DNA of 32,872 nt from Pirellulales bacterium (lineage in GTDB: Bacteria; Planctomycetota; Planctomycetia; Pirellulales; UBA1268), in the NCBI GenBank assembly GCA_044336965.1, contig JBIIOL010000001.1:1-32872 (forward strand), read 5' to 3'. A program made the translations under genes and the position numbers. Of the stretch, positions 17,435 through 25,962 are shown piece after piece (positions within the stretch are counted from its first letter, which is position 1; each line of letters opens with the position of its first letter). Under the pieces are notes generated by a model. That model had not been told where the DNA came from and did no database searches. It saw only the letters and a program-made list of their open reading frames with translations.

Positions 17435-19261
17435 ATGCCTGTGAGCCACAACCGGGCACTCCTCCGGGCCATTGCGGCCATCGCGGTCGTCTTTGCACAC
17501 GCGGCGCCGACCCCGGCGGCCGAGACGGGCCCGGCCCATGCGCGGCCCCCCAACGTCATCGTCATCCTCGCCGACGACGCGGGCTACGGCGACTATTCGT
17601 TCGCGGGCAACACGAACCTCTCGACGCCCGCGATCGACTCGCTCGCGCGGGATGGTGCGGTGCTCTCGCAGTTTTTCGTGCAGCCGGTCTGCTCGCCCAC
17701 CCGGGCCGAACTCCTCACCGGCCGCTACGCCCCGCGCAGCGGCGTGCGGGGCGTCTCGCTCGGCCAGGAACGGATGGATCCCGCCGAACGCACGCTGGCC
17801 AACGTCTTCCACGACGCTGGCCGTGCCACCGGCTGCTTCGGCAAGTGGCATAACGGCACGCAGTGGCCCTACCACCCACAGGCCCGCGGCTTCGACACCT
17901 TTTACGGCTTCACTGAAGGCCATTGGAACAGCTACCACGACGCCCCGATGGAGCACGATGGCCGGTTCGTCCGCGGCACGGGTTTCATTGTCGACGACAT
18001 CACCAGCCGGGCACTCGATTTCGTCAGGCATTCGCAGGCGGATGGCAGACCCTTTTTCTGCTACCTCGCGCTGAATACACCCCATTCCCCGATGGATGTG
18101 CCGGATGACGAGTGGAACCGGTTCCGCGACAAACCGATCGAACTTCGTGGCCCCGAGGGCGACGGCGAGGACCTGCCCTTCACCCGCGCCGCCCTGGCGA
18201 TGATGGAAAACCTCGACACAAACGTCGGCCGCGTGCTCGCCACGCTCAACTCACTCGGCATCGCCGACGACACGATCGTCGTGTTCTTCTCCGACAACGG
18301 CCCCAACAGCAGCCGCTGGTGCGGCGGCCTGCGCGGCCGCAAGGGTAGCACCGACGAAGGCGGCGTGCGGAGCGTCTGCTGCATTCGCTGGCCGGGACGG
18401 ATCAGGCCCGGCACCCGCATCCCACAACTCGCAGCCGCGATCGATCTGCTGCCGACGCTCGCGGGCTTGGCCGGCGTCGCACTCGGCCCGACACAGCCGC
18501 TCGACGGCCTCGATCTCTCGCCGCTCCTGCTCGGCACGGCAGCGGCTGAGTCGGTGGCACAGCAGGCCGCCGCCCGCACGATAGTCGCGAGCTTCGGCGG
18601 CAAGGTGAGCGTCCGCAGCCAGACGCACCGGCTCGACGCGGAGGGCAGGCTTTACAATATGGACGCCGATCCCGGCCAGACCCACGACCTGGCCGCCGCG
18701 GAACCCGAAGCAGCCGCGCGGCTCGGGGCCATCGCTGCCGCCTGGCGGCGTGATGTGCTCAATGCGGTGCCGCCGCCGGCCGAGGAACGCTTCCCCGTGG
18801 CCGCTGCCGGTGCGCCGCACACAGAGCTGCCGGCCCGTGACGGCCTGCCGCACGGTGGCGTCGCCCGTAGTTCAAAAGCACCGAACTGCTCCTCCTTCAC
18901 GAACTGGAAGACGACCGACGATTCGATCACCTGGACCGTCGACGTGCTCACCGCAGGCAGCTACGACGCCGAACTCTGGTACACCTGCCCCGAGGCCGAT
19001 GCCGGATCGACGATCGTGCTCGCCTGCGGCGCCGCATCGACGCAGGCCACGATTCAGCCCGGCTGGGATCCGCCGCTGGATACCACCCACGACCGCGTGC
19101 CCCGCAAGGGGGAGGGCTTCGACAAAGAGTTTCGGCCGCTCGCACTTGGCCAGATCGAACTCGCCTCGGGCCCAGCGACGCTCACGCTTCGGGCGACGAC
19201 GATTCCCGGCGGCAGCGTCGCCGACGTCCGGCGGCTCGTCCTCGTGCCGAGCAATCGCTAG
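17435..19261 (+). CDS. Formylglycine-dependent sulfatase (arylsulfatase family) with a signal peptide and an extra ~130-aa C-terminal beta-rich domain.
   Basis: PNVIVILADDAGYGD and CSPTRAELLTGR (C-x-P-x-R FGly motif). The C-terminal tail reads …SFTNWKTTDDSITWTVDVLTAGSYDAELWY…. Confidence 0.85.
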   Translation: MPVSHNRALLRAIAAIAVVFAHAAPTPAAETGPAHARPPNVIVILADDAGYGDYSFAGNTNLSTPAIDSLARDGAVLSQFFVQPVCSPTRAELLTGRYAPRSGVRGVSLGQERMDPAERTLANVFHDAGRATGCFGKWHNGTQWPYHPQARGFDTFYGFTEGHWNSYHDAPMEHDGRFVRGTGFIVDDITSRALDFVRHSQADGRPFFCYLALNTPHSPMDVPDDEWNRFRDKPIELRGPEGDGEDLPFTRAALAMMENLDTNVGRVLATLNSLGIADDTIVVFFSDNGPNSSRWCGGLRGRKGSTDEGGVRSVCCIRWPGRIRPGTRIPQLAAAIDLLPTLAGLAGVALGPTQPLDGLDLSPLLLGTAAAESVAQQAAARTIVASFGGKVSVRSQTHRLDAEGRLYNMDADPGQTHDLAAAEPEAAARLGAIAAAWRRDVLNAVPPPAEERFPVAAAGAPHTELPARDGLPHGGVARSSKAPNCSSFTNWKTTDDSITWTVDVLTAGSYDAELWYTCPEADAGSTIVLACGAASTQATIQPGWDPPLDTTHDRVPRKGEGFDKEFRPLALGQIELASGPATLTLRATTIPGGSVADVRRLVLVPSNR

Positions 19262-19263
19262 CG

Positions 19264-19291
19264 TCCGCAGTCTGTCAGCATCCGCAGTCTG
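19264..19291. repeat. Direct repeat tccgcagtctg ×2 in the 34-nt convergent intergenic spacer.
   Basis: Seen in sequence: cgTCCGCAGTCTGtcagcaTCCGCAGTCTGcc. Confidence 0.4.
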
Positions 19292-19295
19292 CCGG

Positions 19296-19988
19296 TCACG
19301 CCCGGCCGCGAGACGCTTCCACGACGACGAGGTCGTAGAAATAGCGGCCGCGGGCATTGCGGCCGCGGAGGAGCCGGAAGCCACAGCTGAACACTGTGGA
19401 CGGCTGCCCGCCGTCCGCCGCGACCGGCGCCGGCACAAACCCGTTCTCGCCGCGGTGGTGAATGACGAACTCGAGTTCTGGGCCGCGGGCGTCGATGAGC
19501 CAGAACTCCGTCACCCCGGCGGCGAAGTAGGCAGGGGGCAGCCGACGACGGTCCTTGCCAACCGACGCATCGCTGACGATCTCGACCACCAGTTCCGGAC
19601 CGCCTTCAAGCTCGACAAAACGGTCGGTCTCGCCCCCGGCTTTCGGCGTGAGCCTGACCCGGTCGGTGTCGATCGCGGCATCCGACACGGCGACCACATC
19701 GGGCTCCGCCGACACGTTCCCCGCGACCGACGAAATCCTCGTCTCGCCGGTGAAGAGGTTGTAGCCCGTGCGCCGCGCAAGCGGCCACAGCGACGCGACG
19801 ATCGCGGTCTTGAGCGTGCCGTGCGTGAACAGGTCTTCCGGTGACATATCCACCTCGATCTGCGAGCCAACCCAGTCGATCCGGCCACGCTTGGGAAAAG
19901 CTTCGGAGAGCGCCCAGTGGCGAAAGGCCGTGAGCGTCGCCACCGTGCCCGGAATTTCGACCTGGTCTTCGACAAGCACCGTGGCCAT
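19296..19988 (-). CDS. Uma2-family (DUF820) putative restriction-endonuclease-like protein.
   Basis: MATVLVEDQVEIPGTVATLTAFRHWALSEAFPKRGRIDWV…DVVAVSD…ELVVEIVSDAS…AGVTEFWLIDARGPELEF. This is the classic Uma2 layout with a PD-(D/E)xK-like core. Confidence 0.7.
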   Translation of the reverse strand: MATVLVEDQVEIPGTVATLTAFRHWALSEAFPKRGRIDWVGSQIEVDMSPEDLFTHGTLKTAIVASLWPLARRTGYNLFTGETRISSVAGNVSAEPDVVAVSDAAIDTDRVRLTPKAGGETDRFVELEGGPELVVEIVSDASVGKDRRRLPPAYFAAGVTEFWLIDARGPELEFVIHHRGENGFVPAPVAADGGQPSTVFSCGFRLLRGRNARGRYFYDLVVVEASRGRA

Positions 19989-20003
19989 GGGATCACCCTC
20001 AGA

Positions 20004-20041
20004 GAACCTGATGAAGATGTGGAACCTGACGAAGATGAACC
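20004..20041. repeat. Tandem ~18-bp direct repeat (gaacctgaYgaagatgNN ×2) immediately upstream of the Uma2 start. Possible operator.
   Basis: Seen in sequence: GAACCTGATGAAGATGTG GAACCTGACGAAGATGAAC cgaggagg. Confidence 0.5.
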
Positions 20042-20205
20042 GAGGAGGAAATTGGACGCCTGTATAGCATCGTAACAGCCCGACGGCAATCGAGCAAACC
20101 AGCTCTGTCGAGCAGACGAGGCCTCGACCCGCGCCCATTCTCGGCCATGCCATATATAGTCATGATGGATGCTGCGATGATGAACGCCGCGAACATGGAT
20201 ACCGT

Positions 20206-20913
20206 GTGGCCGACAGAGAATCGAACAAGATTGAACCCAACATGGAGTCCAACATGGAAACCAACAGAGAGTCCCGGGCGACCCACGCCCGCAAGGAATA
20301 CGAGCAGGGTGCGCTCGACGAGTCGACCTGCGACTCTAGCCCGATCAGGCAGTTCGCGATCTGGTATGACGCGGCCGTGGCCGCCGGGGTGCCCGAGCCC
20401 GAGGCGATGACGCTCTCCACCGCCACGCCTGACGGCCATCCCTCGGCCCGCATCGTGCTCTTGCGGGGCTTCGACGACCGCGGCTTCTGCTTCTACACAA
20501 ACTACGAGAGCCGCAAAGGCAGGGAATTGACCGATAATCCCCACGCCGCGCTGACTTTTCACTGGACGGTGCTCGAGCGTCAGGTGCGGATCGAGGGCCG
20601 CGTGGAGCGGACGACCGCGGCCGAGAGCGACGCCTATTTTCACAGTCGGCCCAGCACCTCGCGGATCGGGGCCTGGGGCTCGCCTCAAAGCCAGGTCATC
20701 CCTGACCGCGACGCCCTCGAACAGCTCTTTGCCCGCTTCCGCGCGGAGCACCCCGACGACGCAGCGATCCCAAGGCCGGACCACTGGGGCGGCTTCCGAC
20801 TCATCCCCGAACGGATCGAGTTCTGGCAGGGCCGTCCGAGCCGGCTGCACGACCGCCTCCGCTTCCGACGGGACGCTGCGGGCCCTTGGATCACGGAACG
20901 GCTCGCCCCGTGA
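20206..20913 (+). CDS. pdxH: Pyridoxamine/pyridoxine 5'-phosphate oxidase. Start uncertain: GTG at 20206 or ATG at 20242 or 20254.
   Basis: [27 protein letters not shown]…[16 protein letters not shown]…[16 protein letters not shown] is the canonical PNPOx core. A 12-bp tandem (ccaacatgga) within the 5' end creates the MESNMETN N-terminal peptide. Confidence 0.85.
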   Translation: MADRESNKIEPNMESNMETNRESRATHARKEYEQGALDESTCDSSPIRQFAIWYDAAVAAGVPEPEAMTLSTATPDGHPSARIVLLRGFDDRGFCFYTNYESRKGRELTDNPHAALTFHWTVLERQVRIEGRVERTTAAESDAYFHSRPSTSRIGAWGSPQSQVIPDRDALEQLFARFRAEHPDDAAIPRPDHWGGFRLIPERIEFWQGRPSRLHDRLRFRRDAAGPWITERLAP

Positions 20914-21026
20914 CGGAGCCCGGGCTATTCTGAGGTGATCCTGCCACCGATGCTGCGCGACAGGAGTCCGGAACGACCTGTCGGATCGCCTACCTCGCTC
21001 CCGTGCAACCAAGGGAAAACGCCGCC

Positions 21027-21902
21027 ATGAACCTGAAACCGTTCGCCACGCTCATGATGGTGATCTGCTCGTTGTGGGTTCCTGCCCTCGTGCCGGCGGT
21101 GGGTCGTGCCGAACCCGCCGTGAAAACCGGCGAGAAGATCGCGTTTCTCGGCGACTCGATCACGCAGGGCGGCGCCAACAACGCGTCTGGCTATGTGCGG
21201 CTGGTGATCAGCGGGCTGGAGGCCAACGGCATCAAGGCGGCGATGATTCCCGCCGGAATCAGCGGTCACAAGTCGAACCAGATGTTGGAACGACTCGACA
21301 AGGACGTGATCAGCAAGAAGCCCGACTGGATGACACTCAGCTGCGGCGTGAACGATGTCTGGCACGGGGCGAACGGCGTGCCACTGGACGCCTACCAGAA
21401 GAACATCACCGCCATCGTCGACCGAGCTCAGGCCGCGGGCATCAAGGTGATGATCCTGACCGCCACGATGATTCGCGAGGATGCGACCAACAGCGAGAAC
21501 CAGCGGCTCGCGCCCTACAACGACTTCTTGCGAATGCTGGCGGCGGAAAAGAAGTGCCTGCTCGCCGACCTCAATACCGACATGCATACCGCACTCAAGC
21601 CCGGCCCGCATCACGACCACCAGCTCACCTCCGATGGGGTCCACATGAATCCGCTCGGGGATCGGATGATGGCCCGCGGCATTCTGAAAGCCTTCGGCCT
21701 CTCCGACTCAGAACTGAAAACGGCCGACGACGTCTGGTTGAACGCCCCGAACACCTGCGAGGTGGGCGGCAAGACGAAGCTCACGCTGCGGCAGTACGAA
21801 CAGCTCCGGAAGCTCGCCGCCACACGCGGCATGTCGGTCGGCAGCCTCATGCAGGACGAAACAACAAAAGCGATCGACGCGCTTTTGAAAACCGCTCCCT
21901 GA
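21027..21902 (+). CDS. Secreted SGNH/GDSL-family hydrolase (esterase/lipase-like).
   Basis: Signal peptide MNLKPFATLMMVICSLWVPALVPAVGRA. IAFLGDSIT is GDSL block I and DGVHMN is block V (DxxH). Confidence 0.75.
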   Translation: MNLKPFATLMMVICSLWVPALVPAVGRAEPAVKTGEKIAFLGDSITQGGANNASGYVRLVISGLEANGIKAAMIPAGISGHKSNQMLERLDKDVISKKPDWMTLSCGVNDVWHGANGVPLDAYQKNITAIVDRAQAAGIKVMILTATMIREDATNSENQRLAPYNDFLRMLAAEKKCLLADLNTDMHTALKPGPHHDHQLTSDGVHMNPLGDRMMARGILKAFGLSDSELKTADDVWLNAPNTCEVGGKTKLTLRQYEQLRKLAATRGMSVGSLMQDETTKAIDALLKTAP

Positions 21903-21956
21903 TCGAATGCCATCAAAGACAGCTGGGACACAATCCCGCTGGAATGGAGACAACGT

Positions 21957-22298
21957 ATGTCCGACACGCCACTCGAAGTCTCCGCTGCGGAAGCCAAACG
22001 GCTCCTCTGGGAGGCACACCCGGGAGAGATGCTCTTGCTCGACTGCCGCACGCCCGACGAGCATGCGACGGCGAAGATCGCCGGGGCGTTGCTCGTGCCG
22101 ATGCAGGAGCTGCCCGAACGCATCGGTGAACTCGATGCCTGGAAGACGAAGCCGATCATCGTCCACTGCCACCACGGCGTTCGCAGCCTGAGAGTCACGC
22201 ACTGGCTCCGCGAACGCGGCTTCTCCGCTGTCTCGAGCATGCAGGGCGGCATCGACGCCTGGAGCACCGACGTCGATCGAAACGTGCCGCGATACTGA
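21957..22298 (+). CDS. Single-domain rhodanese (sulfurtransferase).
   Basis: 113 aa. IIVHCHHGVRS is the active-site Cys loop. GGAGA lies upstream. Confidence 0.75.
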   Translation: MSDTPLEVSAAEAKRLLWEAHPGEMLLLDCRTPDEHATAKIAGALLVPMQELPERIGELDAWKTKPIIVHCHHGVRSLRVTHWLRERGFSAVSSMQGGIDAWSTDVDRNVPRY

Positions 22299-22399
22299 CG
22301 CCACGTTCTGCCGCGTCTGCGAGTCGTGTCATTGTTTTGAGTACGGCGGCGATCGGCCTGGAAAACCGACTATAACGCGGCGAAGGAGTGGAACGCCGC

Positions 22400-23776
22400 A
22401 TGATCGACAGACTGCCGCTTCGGACGATGGGCCGCCTCCTCACGGCCGTCACGCTCGTCGTCACCCTCTCCGCGGCGTCGGCCGCCGGGCCACCCAACGT
22501 GCTGATCATCTTCGCCGATGACCTCGGATGGGGCGATCTCGGCTGCCACGGTCATCCCCACCACAAGACCCCGAACATCGACGGCCTGGCCGCCGACGGG
22601 ATTGATCTCCGGCAGTTCTCAGTGGCGGGGCCGATCTGTTCGCCCAGCCGAGCCGGCCTGTTGACGGGCCGTTTTCCGATGCGGTTCCGGATCATGATGC
22701 CCTTCGAGATGGCTCGAAATATCGCGATCGACCAGCCCGACTGGCTCGATCCAAGCGGCCTGACGCTCCCGGGACTGCTCCGAGATCATGGCTACCACAC
22801 CGCCATATTCGGCAAGTGGCATCTGGTCGAGGAGCGGGCGAAGGTGATGGCCGATGCCCCCAAGCCCTCGGCCTATGGCTTCACCGACTGGGGACTCATG
22901 CGCGGGCCGTGGGACTCGGCGTTCGAGCCACGCGGTTCGTTCGACGCCGCCGTAGCCTACCTGCGGCAGCCGCCGCAGCAGCCGTTTCTGCTCGTGGTCA
23001 CGCCCCACGAGCCCCACGTTCCCTACATCGCCTCCCCGGAAGCGTACAAGGCCAGTCAGCACGTCGATGAACGCGCGCGGAAGTACGCCGCCAGCGTCAC
23101 CGATCTCGACCGCGGCGTCGGCCGGCTCCTCGACACGCTCCGCGAGGAAGGCCTCGACGACAACACGCTCGTGATCTTTTCCAGCGACAATGGTCCTGCG
23201 GCCCGCTATGAGCAACGCGACGCAGCCCACGGGCAGTATTTCAACGCCGGCTCCGCGGGCAACCTCCGCGGACACAAGGGCGAGGTCTACGAGGGGGGCG
23301 TGCGGACGCCGTTCATCGCCCGCTGGCCGGGCCGCATTTCGCCGCGAACGATCGACACGGCAAGCGTCGTGAATGCGGTTGACCTGCTCCCCACGATTGC
23401 CGCGGCCACGGGAGTGGCGTTGCCGGTGGCCTGGCCCGGGGATGGCGAAAACAGGCTCGCCGTGCTCGAGGGTCGGCCGACGCCGCGACTCAAGCCGCTG
23501 TTCTGGCGGACGGCCCGGCAGGAGGCGGTGCGGGATGGTAACTGGAAACTCGTCGCCAGCATCGACGGCACGTCGGTCGAACTCTTCAACCTCGCAGCCG
23601 ATCCCCGCGAGATGACCGACGTGGCCGCCCGCACTCCAGCCGAGGCTCTGCGGCTGGGCAGCCTGCTGCGTGACTGGCGGGCCGGCCTGCCCACCACCAC
23701 CGACCCCGCCTGCTGCTCGTCGGGCCGCACCGCTTCATCGCCCCCCGGCCGGCAGACTCAACTGCCACCGCCATAG
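22400..23776 (+). CDS. Formylglycine-dependent sulfatase 2 with a signal peptide.
   Basis: PNVLIIFADDLGWGDLGCHG and CSPSRAGLLTGR. AAGGAG lies 12 nt upstream of the ATG at 22400. GTG at 22388 is an alternative start. Confidence 0.85.
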   Translation: MIDRLPLRTMGRLLTAVTLVVTLSAASAAGPPNVLIIFADDLGWGDLGCHGHPHHKTPNIDGLAADGIDLRQFSVAGPICSPSRAGLLTGRFPMRFRIMMPFEMARNIAIDQPDWLDPSGLTLPGLLRDHGYHTAIFGKWHLVEERAKVMADAPKPSAYGFTDWGLMRGPWDSAFEPRGSFDAAVAYLRQPPQQPFLLVVTPHEPHVPYIASPEAYKASQHVDERARKYAASVTDLDRGVGRLLDTLREEGLDDNTLVIFSSDNGPAARYEQRDAAHGQYFNAGSAGNLRGHKGEVYEGGVRTPFIARWPGRISPRTIDTASVVNAVDLLPTIAAATGVALPVAWPGDGENRLAVLEGRPTPRLKPLFWRTARQEAVRDGNWKLVASIDGTSVELFNLAADPREMTDVAARTPAEALRLGSLLRDWRAGLPTTTDPACCSSGRTASSPPGRQTQLPPP

Positions 23777-23840
23777 AATTGTGTTGACTGCGGCCCGTTG
23801 ACCGGGCTACTGTTCAGTGCCGTGTCTGCCGGAATGAATC

Positions 23841-24140
23841 ATGCCCTCCTCGATTCTCAAAGCCGCCCGCCGCACCGATGAGTTCTTCATGGCCATCTCC
23901 CCGATCCATGAGACGATGCAGCGTCTGACGCAGCTGATCGTCGGGGATTTTCCGGGGGACAGACTACCCAAGCCGGTCTCGTTTCCAGCGCCTGAAACGG
24001 TCTCAGAAACCGGTGCCGACGGCATTCCTTACGTGTCGCTCAATACGCTCCTGGAACTGAAGCTCACCAGTGGCATGACGGCGGCGCATCGGCGTTGGTC
24101 GGGAATCCACTTCATCGGATACCAGGAAGTTCTTCCCTGA
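23841..24140 (+). CDS. Small hypothetical protein (99 aa) in the convergent spacer. It overlaps the end of the sulfatase 3 gene by 29 nt.
   Basis: Strong GC3 codon bias throughout. No recognisable motif; …IPYVSLNTLLELKLTSG… only loosely resembles nucleotidyltransferase-fold C-termini. Confidence 0.3.
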   Translation: MPSSILKAARRTDEFFMAISPIHETMQRLTQLIVGDFPGDRLPKPVSFPAPETVSETGADGIPYVSLNTLLELKLTSGMTAAHRRWSGIHFIGYQEVLP

Positions 24141-25911
24141 CAAGCTCGACGGTACGACTTCGACCGTGTTTTCGGTCGACGAGTTCGAGCCGGACCCTCG
24201 TGCCGGCCTGACCTCGAATCATGTCTATGCACCTCCGGAGATCCACGCCCGTCATCTCCGAGCCGTCGATCGTGCGGCCGTCGATTCGGCTCTGGAGCAT
24301 GTCCACCCATTCCTGGAAATCCACGCCCTCCGGCTCCGCTCCATCGATCGTGCGGATGACGAGTCCCGGGACCAATCCTGCACGCCCGGCCGGCGTGTCA
24401 GGAAGCACTTCCTTGATCACGATCTTTTGGTCCTCGACTCCCAAGATCATCCCAACGCCTGCGAAGGAACCCGGAGCCGGGCAGTCATCGACCGGTGGAT
24501 CGATATGTGCCGTCTGCTTCCGTTTCGCCATCGGCTTCGGCCCCAGTTGCTTTTCCATCAAGCTGGCGTGTTCCCGTGCGATCGCGTCGCTTCCCGGCTC
24601 GTCGATCACATTGAAATACTCGGCCCGATCCCGCCCGTGGTCGTAGAGCTCACGTGATCCGTCGGTCCGTTCGGTGTAGCGATAGCGTGCCGTGCGAATG
24701 GTGCGGCCGTTCCCCCACTGGCAGCAGCCGCCCGCCTTGCCGTCAGCCTTCGGATCCTTGACGAGCGGCAGAAAGCTCCTGCCAGCGAGCCCGTCGGCCG
24801 CGGGCAGCCCTGCGATGTCGCAGAAGGTCGGAAACAGGTCGAGCAGTTCGACGATGCCATCGGCTGTCGCGGCTTGCGGCCCGCCGGGAAACCGCACGAT
24901 CAGCGGCACCCGCATCACCTGCTCGTCGATGCTGTGCTTACACCACTGGCCGCGCCAGCCGAGGTGGTAGCCATGGTCGGACGTGAAGACGATCACCGTG
25001 TTGTCGAGCAGGCCGCGGCGCTTCAGGTCGTCAAGCAGGCGGCCGACCTGTTCGTCAAGCATGGTCACCGCGGCGTAGTAGGCCCGGATGCCCTCGCGCT
25101 GGTGGGCTTCGCTGATCTCCATGCCAGGCTCGTCCCGCAGCGACCCCGGCGGCAAGGGCGAGGCGTCGGCTGGCGTAGGCTCGAGCGTGAATGTCGCCGA
25201 ATCATGCGCATCGAAACAGGCTTTGGTCGTGTCCCACGACACGTGCGGCGTGTGGAAGCCGACGGCCGCGAAGAACGGCTTGCTGGCATCCCGCTCCCGC
25301 TCCAGAAACTCGATCGCACGGTCTGTCCGCGCATGGTCGAGCAGCGCCTCTGCCGTGGCCGCCACACCGATGAAGGAGAGCTTCTGCCGTTTCAGCCCCA
25401 GATCCTCGTGCCAGGGCGTGCGCGGCCCGAGATGCACCGAAGGCTTCACATCGGCGACGCGGATGTCCCATGCCTCGGGGTCCACATACTCCTCCGTGTG
25501 GTCGATCTTGCCGACCGAAAACGTCTGGTAGCCGTGCTGGCGGAACCAGCGGCCGAGCGTCATCGTGTCGGGATGCTTGCGGAAGTAGTCGGGCGGCACC
25601 CGTCGGCCGAGCATGAATGACGTGCGGCTGGGGGTGCAGACGGCCCCTTGGCAGTAGGCATGCGAGAACACCACACCCTCCGCCGCGAGCCGATCGAGGT
25701 TGGGCGTGATCGCGGCCTTGTCGCCGTAGCAGCCCAGCCGCGTGGCGAGGTCGTCGGCGACCAAAAACAGGATGTTGGGCCGTGCGACCGGAGGCTTTTC
25801 CTCCGCTGACAAAAGGGGCGACGGCAGCATGGCACCACAGGCGATCACCAGCCCGCACAGGATCCGCGCCACGAACGACGCATGCGCACGAAGGCTTTTC
25901 GTCATGTTCAT
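24112..25911 (-). CDS. Formylglycine-dependent sulfatase 3 fused to a C-terminal PDZ domain.
   Basis: Signal peptide. PNILFLVADDL and CTPSRTSFMLGR. C-terminal GVGMILGVEDQKIVIKEVLPDTPAGRAGLVPGLVIRTIDGAEPEG…GTRVRLELV is a PDZ (GLGF-type carboxylate-binding loop region). AGGA lies 8 nt upstream of the ATG at 25911. Confidence 0.8.
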   Translation of the reverse strand: MNMTKSLRAHASFVARILCGLVIACGAMLPSPLLSAEEKPPVARPNILFLVADDLATRLGCYGDKAAITPNLDRLAAEGVVFSHAYCQGAVCTPSRTSFMLGRRVPPDYFRKHPDTMTLGRWFRQHGYQTFSVGKIDHTEEYVDPEAWDIRVADVKPSVHLGPRTPWHEDLGLKRQKLSFIGVAATAEALLDHARTDRAIEFLERERDASKPFFAAVGFHTPHVSWDTTKACFDAHDSATFTLEPTPADASPLPPGSLRDEPGMEISEAHQREGIRAYYAAVTMLDEQVGRLLDDLKRRGLLDNTVIVFTSDHGYHLGWRGQWCKHSIDEQVMRVPLIVRFPGGPQAATADGIVELLDLFPTFCDIAGLPAADGLAGRSFLPLVKDPKADGKAGGCCQWGNGRTIRTARYRYTERTDGSRELYDHGRDRAEYFNVIDEPGSDAIAREHASLMEKQLGPKPMAKRKQTAHIDPPVDDCPAPGSFAGVGMILGVEDQKIVIKEVLPDTPAGRAGLVPGLVIRTIDGAEPEGVDFQEWVDMLQSRIDGRTIDGSEMTGVDLRRCIDMIRGQAGTRVRLELVDRKHGRSRTVELVREELPGIR

Positions 25912-25929
25912 CGAGGTTCCTCTTACTGT

Positions 25930-25953
25930 TCCTTGGATGTGTCCTTGGATGTG
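25930..25953. repeat. Tandem 12-bp repeat tccttggatgtg ×2 in the 5' leader of the sulfatase 3 gene.
   Basis: Seen in sequence: tgtTCCTTGGATGTGTCCTTGGATGTGcac. Confidence 0.45.
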
Positions 25954-25962
25954 CACAAGATT

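Noticed and set aside
15533-18085. 850-aa extent of the kinase 1 ORF
   Set aside because: The upstream 226 aa run antisense through the sulfatase 1 gene. The paralogue kinase 2 begins at the equivalent of the Met at 17407.
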